Below are positions 54,448-64,000 of a stretch of 64,000 nucleotides of DNA, in pieces; the stretch's first letter is position 1; each line of letters starts with the position of its first letter. This stretch comes from Octopus sinensis. Taxonomy: Eukaryota. The stretch is taken from NCBI RefSeq assembly GCF_006345805.1, contig NC_043006.1:32860001-32924000 (forward strand), given 5' to 3'. A program made the translations under genes and the position numbers. The notes under the pieces are model-generated. The model saw nothing but the letters and a program-made list of their open reading frames with translations. It was not told the DNA's origin and ran no database searches.

Positions 54448-54924
54448 ATATATCCTCCCTGAAGAAGGCGGTCAGATTTACTTAATGTTTCACTACTGTT
54501 TTACTTTTTGCGAAACTTTATGACGCAATTGCGAGCCTCTACTTAGTTTGTTGTATCTTTGCACAGTTTGTAAGTTTGCTTTGTTACTATTGAGTTATGT
54601 ATCGTCTAATGCATGAATGTTCATCGCCTGAATATTTTCGGTCCTTGCTTTCCCTATATATCTTAGCCCAAGAGGTTTTGTTAGTTTATATGCATTATTA
54701 TCCCTATGTGTGTTCACCAGGATTCCTCCTATGGCCACTCTCTACCCCCGCGGACTTAGTCCTCGGGAACATTTTGGATTGCAAGTTTAAACCATCTGTG
54801 CACTGTTAAGTGTTTTCTATATTGAGCATCACAGGTTCACATTCTCTACCTCTCTCTCTATCTCTATCTCTCCTCTATCTCTCTATCTATCTGTCTATCC
54901 ATCTGTGTATATATATATATATAT

Positions 54925-55041
54925 ATACATACATACATACATACATACATACATACATACATACATACAAACATACATACATACATACATACATACATAC
55001 ATACATACATACATACATACATACATACATGCATACATACA

Positions 55042-55070
<29 letters not shown>
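54925..55070. repeat. (ATAC)n microsatellite
   Basis: Direct reading. Confidence 0.97.
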
Positions 55071-55073
<3 letters not shown>

Positions 55074-55084
55074 CAAATATATAT

Positions 55085-55180
55085 ATATGACGGGCTTCTT
55101 TCAAATCCACATAGTGGGATTGAGCCCGGAACCATGTGATTGGAAAGCAAGCTTCTTACCAAACAGCAACACCTGTGCCT
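55085..55180 (-). mobile_element. SINE family B head fragment (others at 60788-60960 - and 16945-17032 +)
   Basis: gacgggcttctttca..gtgggattgagcccggaaccatgtg..aagcaagcttcttacc. Confidence 0.8.
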
Positions 55181-55396
55181 ATATATGTAAGCATGTGTAG
55201 GTGGTGTGCATAGGTGCGTGTGTGTATGCGGGTGTAGTAGCATCGACACATTGAATTATCAATTCAGTATTTCCATTAATCACGGAGTTTTTGTCTACCA
55301 ACTCAGTCTTTCATTTATTTATGTCCTCTTGGCGCCGTTTCCCGTAGATTCGCCCGCAGATTTATTACCTAAATATGTTTACTTTCTCATACCTAC

Positions 55397-55456
<60 letters not shown>

Positions 55457-56353
55457 TCATCTATTTATTTATTGATCTATCAGTTTATATATGTCTCCCT
55501 GTGTGTGTATGTGTGTATATATATATATATGTATATATTATAGATTTAATATAATATAATATGTATGTATATGTAGACACACACAACCAATTTATTTATT
55601 TGTATTTATTTATTTCACATATATTACAAATATATATATATATGCAGACAGACAGACACGTAAAATCTACGCGTATATAAGTATACAAGTACACACAGAT
55701 ACGTGCACGCGTTGACACATACACACACACACACACATACACAAACATATATATATGTATGTAAGTAAATGCAAGCGTATAGCATGTGTGTGTATGTGTG
55801 TGTGTGTGTGTGTGTGTACATATACATACATGGCTATTCATAATATCTTATACATATACACGTGTTTATATTTAATCATAATTTATGAACATGATTAAAT
55901 ATGCATGTTATTGTTGTTATTAGGATTACCGTGACTATTATTATTATTATTATTATCATTATTATTGTTGTTGTTGTTTTTATTATCATTATTTTTGTTG
56001 TTGTTGTTATTACTGCTGTTGCTTTTGTTGTCAGAAATTGCAACAAGTTTGTTTCATATAAGTATCAACAAATCTGTATCGAAGCTTTTGAAGAATCGAG
56101 GTGTTCGTTTGTTATTCTTATGCTATTTGTTATTCTTCTGCAAGATCTAAGCAAACAATATAAACTGCAAGACATGTGCCCCCACAATATTTGTCTAGCA
56201 TACTATTTTCCATATATGTGTAAGTTAAATTCACGCTTGTTCTAGGTCCAACGTCTATCTTCAAATAAATACGTACGTACGTGTATTTGCGTGCGTATTT
56301 TTATGCATGCCGTCTCAACTCCATATCAGTTTCCTGCCTGTGCATTGTCCTCA

Positions 56354-56450
56354 CTGCAATGGATGATCAGAGGGACACTTTATTGCATTCTTTTACAGAG
56401 ATTTCTCTAACGGATGCAATAAAGTTTTCCTTGATAAGCCATTGCGGTTA
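56354..56450. repeat. Imperfect hairpin, possible old MITE
   Basis: actgcaatgg..actttattgcattc versus ggatgcaataaagt..ccattgcggt. Confidence 0.55.
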
Positions 56451-56549
56451 AGCACCCAAATACACTTGGAACATCCAATACTGAGTTCCAAATAACTGCA
56501 ATGGTGTAACGTGCGTAGCTGCAATGGTGAAAATTACGTAGGAATTAAA

Positions 56550-56660
<111 letters not shown>

Positions 56661-56694
56661 GTATGTATCTATCTATAATATATATATATATATT

Positions 56695-56855
56695 GATAAA
56701 AAAGGTAAGACAACAAAAGAAAGAAAGAGACCTCGATATTATGTAAATAGATGAATTTATCTGTAAATGTAATATGGGACAATTATTCGACAGCTATGAT
56801 AAAACTCCGAGTTTTATCATGGCTACCGAATAATTGTCCCATATTACATTTACAG
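56695..56855. mobile_element. Collapsed copy of the 22085-22433 family; hairpin 56761-56855 centred on ACTCCGAGT
   Basis: Similar left extension and arm sequence to 22090-22191, then folds back at 56808; follows a (TA)n tract. Confidence 0.8.
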
Positions 56856-57914
56856 TTGTAAATGTGTGTATATATTGGTGTGTGTGTGTACGTATATATG
56901 TTTGCATACACATATGCATTAATACCTATATACATACATACATAAATGCACACAGACGTCCAGATTCAACATGCACAAATACTAACGCATACACACACAC
57001 ACACACACAGGCATGCACATACATATTGTTGATAATAGGGGATCCATGGAGGATCGAGGCATATCGAAGTGAAGCTCGCCACCGTTACTGGCTTAACAGA
57101 ATAACCTAGAACAGTTAAGTAATGCATTATCATAGCACGGAATGTATTAGTGAAAGAATGTCCTCCCTTGTTAAGTAATCCATAGATCCAATATCATGGA
57201 ATAGGATCCAACGATGATTGAATTCTTAAGCATAATAAAAACGGACGAATGGATTATCTGGTATTGCGACAATTGTTTCCATAAGAATCTTTATTTTGAT
57301 GTGAGATATGTCGTATGCATAGCATCCATAAGATTACAGAAAATGTGTTGTGTATGTGCGTGCTACGTACATGATTGTACTATGCTCACGTCATAATAAA
57401 GACTCTGTCGCCATGGGCGCTGTTTGGTTGTTGTGTCGTGGTGGAATTGGTGAATGAAAATATTTTATTTGGCAGTAACTTAAAGCAATAACTTAAACAC
57501 TACCTACGAACGGTTAACTGGATCATTTATTGCCGCTCATAAAGACAATCTACGTTGGCCATTTACAATTAACAACAGCAATAGTTAGGGAGATTGGGAG
57601 AGAACTACTATTCTGATATTACAAGAAGCTATCTGTACGGCAACATGTGGTCGGCCCAGCATAGCTAAAACTAACTGCATTATCTTCGTGGCGGCAGAGG
57701 TCCTTCGACATATGCCCTAGGTCGTCTGTTTTAGCCGTTTACTTTATATATGGAATCATCAGAGTGAGAACAAAAGAAGCCCATGTCGCTGAACTGCTTT
57801 CAATATTCTGCCTGGCAAGAGGTGAGACGTGTGAATAAATCTCAACGCTCTGCAAGGAGATTACGTGCCAAAACGACTTTTTTTTATACGGTAAAAAAAA
57901 CATTCTAGAAAACG

Positions 57915-58030
57915 AAATCCCGCCATGGCTACACGCTGATTGGTTGCTTAATAAACCGTGAAACTACTTTGGTTCGCTCGTGGTATATGACCGGTTACCT
58001 AGCGACTCAGTTTCGAATCACCGCAGCGAC
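57915..58030 (+). promoter_or_regulatory. Candidate promoter: RFX X-box-like sites and reverse CCAAT
   Basis: cccgccatggctac 57919-57932, ATTGG 57939-57943 and GTTACCTAGCGAC 57994-58006, in CpG-richer non-repeat sequence about 200 bp upstream of an ATG exon. Confidence 0.45.
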
Positions 58031-58333
58031 TTTAAACGTAATAATTGGTGCTATACCAGATAACCGTTCGTCTTTATGTGTGTGTGTGTGTGTGTGTGTA
58101 TGTGCGGTATATTCATGTGCGTGTATGAGCGTGTGTACTCAAATATATCTTTAGTCACTGGGTTATTCGTTTTTCTTTATCGTTGAAATTTGTTTTGTCT
58201 TTTCCAGATATTGAAAAACCCGTTGAGAAAAAGAACCAACAAGACGCAAGACTGAATTATAAATGTATTTTCACATATCTACATTGATAAGGATATAAAT
58301 ATATGAATAATTCGTTGGCATAATTTTAAAATA

Positions 58334-58412
58334 ATGGCTGCCTCGATTTTATATGAAAATGCTGAGAAATGTTTCGAACATCTCGGACGCGATGCTTTCG
58401 GTAAAGGAGACG
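58334..58412 (+). CDS. Probable first coding exon of an unidentified gene (MAASILYENAEKCFEHLGRDAFGKGD, phase-1 end); exon 58208-58412
   Basis: Polypyrimidine acceptor tttgttttgtcttttccag ending 58207; ataATGG context; donor G/gtaagt at 58413; no family recognised. Confidence 0.5.
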
Positions 58413-58980
58413 GTAAGTCGATGTCAAGCATAATTCTATGAAATATCTGGATATATGTGCGTCTTGTCTACGTAGATGCGGTCTGATGCAATGTTGTCTT
58501 TATTTGCATTAAGTTGTGAATATAGAACTGTATTAATTAATGCTGGGCATACTTATTGATTCAAACATGTACGTGTAACAATTAGCATATTGAAATTAAT
58601 ACTGCATGAAGAATGTTACGAAACGGATGTAATCACATGGATGTCAAATGGAAAATTAAATGTTTTCACATTCTCACACCTCTTGACTTTACGCTTTATT
58701 TACTTCTCACAGAAAAATTTGTCGCTCAGCTTTTCTGAGTCTTCAATCACATGCATATATTACATAATACTGCACTACCATTGATTACTCCGTAGACTGA
58801 TATTATATGTGTGTGTGTCTGTGTAAGTGTGTGTACGTTTGTGTGTGTGTGCACATGGTTGCTTGTGTGTGGTTGCTTTATATTACATATAGTATTTGTG
58901 TATATATATTTTTTATATTTATAATGTATTTTTATATAGATGCCAATGACTACATTGCATATATAATATATATGTGGATG

Positions 58981-59196
58981 AGGCGGCGAGCTGGCAGAAA
59001 CGTAGGCACGCCGGGCGGAATGCTTAGCGGTATTTTGACTGTCTTTATGTCCTGAGTTCAAATTCCACTGAGGTTGACTTTGCCTTTCATGCATTCGGGG
59101 TTGATAAATTAAGTACCAGTTGCGTACTGAGGCCGATCCAATCGACTGCCCCCTCCGCCAAAATTTCGGGTCTTGTGCCTAGAGAAGAAAAGAATA
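58981..59196 (+). mobile_element. SINE family A, short form
   Basis: aggcggcgagctggcagaaacg..cttgtgcctagagaagaaaagaata. Confidence 0.92.
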
Positions 59197-59676
59197 TATA
59201 TATATGGAGGTAATATATATCAGTATGTGTGTGTGTGTGTGTGTCTATGTTTGTTAATATGTGTGTCTACATGAGAGGTATATTTGTAGATACTGTATTT
59301 GTATCAGTAGGAAAGCTTTGTGGCATTTACCTCGTCACTCTGAGATCTGTGACGAAGACCTTGTTTTCACCTTCGCCGTTCGTCGCTTTGGTTCCTATAA
59401 ATATATCTCCGAAATGGCGTCCATATTAATCTTCCTCGGTCTTTTTTTTATTCTTTTTTATTTTTTCTCTGAGGTATATTGTTTGGTAGAGTGGGCTTTG
59501 CCAGGCTTCAATGCTAAAGACGCACTTATATGTGATACCCTACCATTTCGCCAGGAGTTGGTTGTTCAAAGAAGACTGCTATGTTACGTTAAGGCTTAAG
59601 ACTACTGAAATTGTAATGTCATTTTGCTGTCTTGATTAGCACTGCTTTACAGACACAAGTTTCGATAATGAAAACA

Positions 59677-59755
59677 GAACTGACAGCAGCCCTAGAACGA
59701 GTAAGAGCACAAAAACCGAATGAAATATTTCTTAATATTTGCGACTCAATTGGTT
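59677..59755 (+). mobile_element. Short fragment of the same transposase family, inverted relative to 61845-61925
   Basis: ELTAALERVRAQKPNEIFLN versus ELRAAIERLSVQTPNEIFLD; identical stretch accgaatgaaatatttctt. Confidence 0.7.
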
Positions 59756-59861
59756 TCTCTCTCTCTCTCTGTCTGTCTGTATGTCTCTCTTTCTTTCTTT
59801 CTCTCTCTCTCGCTCGCTCTGTCACACCCCATACACACCTCTGTATGTGTTTACATATATA

Positions 59862-59907
<46 letters not shown>

Positions 59908-60095
59908 TCATTTATTCTTTTGCTTATTTCAGTCTATCTTTACTTCTTCATTCGCTGGTGCCTCAAATTTAGGTTAAATCAGTGTTTCTCAAAGGGGAGG
60001 CCTATGGGACGGTCGGAAAAGTTGTTTTGAGAAAATTTGGTTTAGATATTTGACAACTCAGCACCGTCCATTGGACGGGGGGCATTTTGCTCGTA

Positions 60096-60138
<43 letters not shown>

Positions 60139-60140
<2 letters not shown>

Positions 60141-60514
60141 GTGCATATATGGGTACAGGCCGTTACCAACGTTCAAACGGTGCAAATAACAAGAAATATG
60201 TAAAGAAACGAAGGAAAAGCGAGTGAAATGCGTAAACAACGAGAACAAAATTGAGAACAGAACACATAAACAGAGAGAAAGGAGCCTTCATCAGTAGTAG
60301 GCTGTCTATCTACTTCTCATTTCGAGCATTCAACGACAATGAATGCTCGAAATGAGGAGTAGATAGACAGTCGACAACTGATGAAGGGTCCTTTCTCTCT
60401 GTATATTCATCCTGGTCTCCATTTTGTTCTCGTTGTTTAAGTATTTAACTCGTTTGTTTATATATTTCATCTAATTTATACCGTTAGTGGCATCCTGTAC
60501 CCATATATGCATGT
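60139..60514. mobile_element. Palindromic non-coding element in (TA)n with hammerhead-like half motifs
   Basis: Terminal tgcatatatgggtacagg / cctgtacccatatatgca; imperfect arms over about 190 bp. Apex is gagcattca-acgacaa-tgaatgctc, flanked by tttc and GAAA. CTGATGA occurs in both arms (60378-60384 on +). Confidence 0.75.
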
Positions 60515-60552
60515 GTATATATGTATATATATACATATGCATATACATATAC

Positions 60553-60594
<42 letters not shown>

Positions 60595-60595
60595 T

Positions 60596-60642
<47 letters not shown>

Positions 60643-60734
60643 ATATATGTGTATATATTATATCATATTATATTATATCATATGATTTATTATTTATTAT
60701 TTAATTGAACGCGACGCATCCATTTCCAAGTATA

Positions 60735-60790
<56 letters not shown>

Positions 60791-61579
60791 CGGTACACTC
60801 CTGTTAGTTTCGCCTACCAAATACACTCACAAGATTTTGGGTTAAGGTTAGGGTTAGGCTATAGTTGAAGACACTTGACCAAGGTGCCACACGGTAGGAC
60901 TGAACCCGGAACCATGTGGTTGAAAAGCAAGCTTCCTATCACACAGCCACGTTTGCGCCTGCGTCTATAGCTTCTAACACATATGTCTATACATGTACAC
61001 AAATATATATATATATATACAACATATATCTATACACACATATATCTATACACACACACAAATATATACATATATCTATACACACACAAATACACACACA
61101 CAGACATATATACATTTGTATATATGTACGTCTGCATATGAGATCGTATGTCAGAACAGCTTACGCACCGAAAATCTTCAAAGACAGTTATATTCCTTTT
61201 CATTTTCTTTGTTAATAATTGTTAATTATAATTTGTTGTATAAGCAAATAGATACGACGCACTTTTGCGCCTCGGTCACTGACTCATTAATGATGAAATC
61301 AGTGACATGTTAGCGACCAGGTCATAGGAGAGCGTCGACACTCTTAGCTGTTCATTGTTTAAAATACAGTTTAGAAATAAAATGCTACGAAGCCATCTGT
61401 TTCTTGTATTCTTATTTTGTAGCTGTATTTCTTACACAATGTAGTTATCTGTTTACGTACTTGCATACATATATACAAAGAAGCATACACACACTCACTC
61501 TCTCTCTCACACACAGACACATGTATGCAAGTATGTAGACAGACGATTACATTGTGTAAGAAATAAAGATGCAACTAAC

Positions 61580-61619
<40 letters not shown>

Positions 61620-61799
61620 TTCTGTGTGTGTATACATAAATAAATATACATGTTTGTATATATGTGTGTATATGTGTAAAGTGTTTAGTGTGTTTATACA
61701 GAGCGTTCGAGAACAAGTCATTAAATGACTATAAATCATTGTATCAAATTACATTTCATATTCAAAATTTAACATAATCAACAGATAAAATTTGATATA

Positions 61800-62330
61800 T
61801 TCTATGAACGTCTGGTCTTGGAACTGCTGATAATACGAAGCAATATAACCAGAAAACATCAAGAAATATTTCATTCGGTGTTTGCACGCTTAGTCGTTCA
61901 ATGGCTGCTCTCAATTCGTCGACTTTTCTTGTTTGGAGCTGTATACCCTATCGTTTAAGTAACTTCATAAAGCATTTAGTGGTGTCCAGTGAACGTGGAA
62001 GGTGTTGCATTGCACCTTTTCCTTGTCTCCAGCAGCTTTGCAAGATTTCATTAAATGTAGCTAGTCTCCCATCTTTTTGGAATTATGACTCTACATCTTC
62101 AAAGTCCTCTTCAATACTTCCCATGACAGATTGTTGCAGAAACTTCATATATACGGAACCAGTAACAGTATTGTAAAGAAAAGAATGGCCTAATTTATCA
62201 ATATCATGCTAAACTTCACCATATTCTAAATCTAGTAAATTAACTTGATCTTCCTCCTTCATAATATGCGAACTGTTAGGGTCCCAGTACATGCAACTGT
62301 AGGGTTGAATCGAACTATTTAATTTAAATG
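61800..62330 (-). mobile_element. Decayed Tc1/mariner-superfamily transposase (catalytic region)
   Basis: GHSFLYNTVTGSVYMKFL, *FQKDG, LPRSLD and VDELRAAIERLSVQTPNEIFLDV correspond to IGP.F..TVTG..Y / WFQQDG / WPPRSPD / ELK.AI motifs. Confidence 0.7.
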
Positions 62331-63409
62331 CAGCCGCAACGCTCCAATCAATCTTTGTTGGAAGCTATGCATCCATTAGTATCTTGCCAAGTATCACTCA
62401 ATTTTACAATACATCTTTTAAAATCACTAAGCGAGCATTACATTGCCAGGAGCATAATTTTACTTATATATTTTGCAATTTCCCAATGATTTTATATTAT
62501 TCATTTTCTACTCCGTTGTCGGGATTTAAAAGGATAATATAATGAGTTGAGTCACTCGCGATATTCGTCACGATTTTGGTTTCAGGCGAATCACTCAGAT
62601 TTTCCATTGTCAATCAACTCTCAATGGTTTAATAGTTGCACATATATAAAGGAGTTTTAAGATGATTCTAAACCGACCAATATTTTCCATTGAACATTTC
62701 TTGAAATAATTGCAAAGATTATCTTTTAATTCTGTTTATGCTATTAAATATTTAATGTCATTAAATTGAGTTTTAATTAGACCAATGATGCTTTTTTTTT
62801 ATCACCGTTCTTCATCTCTTTTTTATTTTAACTCATTTCATTACACAGTCGATGCCTTAAGTGTCGAAGATTTCCTTTAATGCAAAATAAGCAGAAAATC
62901 AAATGCAAAACCACCTTCATGCACATTTATAGGAATTCTCTTCTTAAAGGGTTCAAACAAATGTGAAGAGGTCCTTTAACACAACGACTTACTCTTCTGT
63001 AATGGATACAATTATACTTTGAACTGTGCTGCATCAAGAAAACACTTTCACTAAGATGCTTTGTCTTTATCTTGCATTTCCTCCTTGCTTGTTGCCGACC
63101 ATCAGTATGGATTAAACGGATTGTTTTGCAGTATCTTTGTGGTTCATCTAAAATGTCATTTATTGGGAAAAATTGCTGTTCAGAACCAGCGAAAAAATTT
63201 CTTTTGCGGTATTTAGTGATTGGATGAAAATAATTAACAAAAGCTTTTTAATTTAGCACTAGTGCCTTGAGGGCCAGATATCTTCTTGACCACCACATAT
63301 TATTAAGAGAACGAAACGATAAAGTTTTGTATTCTACAATCCTGACTTTCTTTAAATTTATTTGCTTGAACTGGATCGATTTTCATGCCCATCTCACCAG
63401 CAATAACAT

Positions 63410-63715
63410 GAAGAATATGATCGCGAATAAAGCGACCGAAATTAGGTTATTTCGGAGGATTTCTGGTGTAACGTTACTCGACAGGATGCGCACTCGAAGA
63501 TCAAGGAGAGACTCCAGGCCGCGCCGCTGCTTTTCCGCATTAAGAGGTCACAGTTCCGATAACATGCTCATGCGATTTGAACGAGTCAGCAAAAATCTAC
63601 AAGATAGAAGCTTCAGGCCGAGTCAACAGGCAGGAAACACAGAGGGTAGACCAAAACAGAAGATGGTTGGATAACATGCATAGTCTCACTTGGTGTCGCT
63701 TAGAAATCTGGTTGC
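63410..63715 (+). mobile_element. RTE-type LINE 3' fragment
   Basis: KATEIRLFRRISGVTLLDRMR, IKERLQAAPLLFRIKRSQFR, RGRPK, RWLDNM across frameshifts. Confidence 0.8.
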
Positions 63716-64000
63716 TTCTGATATGAGCGATCCTTCCAGGAAACGTGATCGGAGAATATGGGTGGATGGTTGCTCTACAATTAACTTTAATGACTGTCTT
63801 GAGTAATGTTTTTACTCAGTTCGCTCCTGGAATACTGTTCCGATCATCGATTACTCCAAACTGTTCAGGATGCTTGATACAACATTGTCCAATTAAATTA
63901 GAGACAAGCTGTTTAAGCTGAATCATAAACCCTTTGTTTGTACTTTTCTGACATTAAAGATGCACCATTTCAAGTCAACAACATTAGTTTTTATATAAGT

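Noticed and set aside
54470-54530. Hammerhead from CTGAAGA..GAAAC
   Set aside because: No credible helix II or helix I pairing.

Overview
AT-rich, repeat-dominated eukaryotic DNA. The SINE families and the very high (TA)n/(CA)n/(GATA)n density point to an octopus (cephalopod) genome; this is recognition by eye, not a database result. Most ORFs in the supplied track are translated microsatellites. Supported content: (1) three tRNA-headed SINE families (about 25 copies or fragments). (2) Decayed LINEs: several RTE-type pieces and an R4/Dong-type element beside a (TAA)n array. (3) Tc1/mariner remnants, including a palindromic mariner made of two 3' ends. (4) Penelope-like elements (PLEs): a Naiad-type RT-thumb/CxCx5C/GIY-YIG ORF at about 49010-50050 (-) with hammerhead-like pseudo-LTRs, plus two more PLE fragments. 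(5) A 100-N gap followed by about 5 kb of error-rich sequence. (6) A probable gene 5' end at about 57.9-58.4 kb (CCAAT and RFX X-box-like motifs, ATG-containing exon). The main unexplained pattern is a set of non-coding fold-back elements, mostly in or beside (TA)n. One carries two inverted hammerhead-like motifs. Five shorter hairpins have their apex on a hammerhead-like stem: ACTCnGAGT in three cases and a helix-II-like hairpin in two. This suggests a palindromic, ribozyme-bearing, PLE-dependent element system that collapses at its own ribozyme stems.
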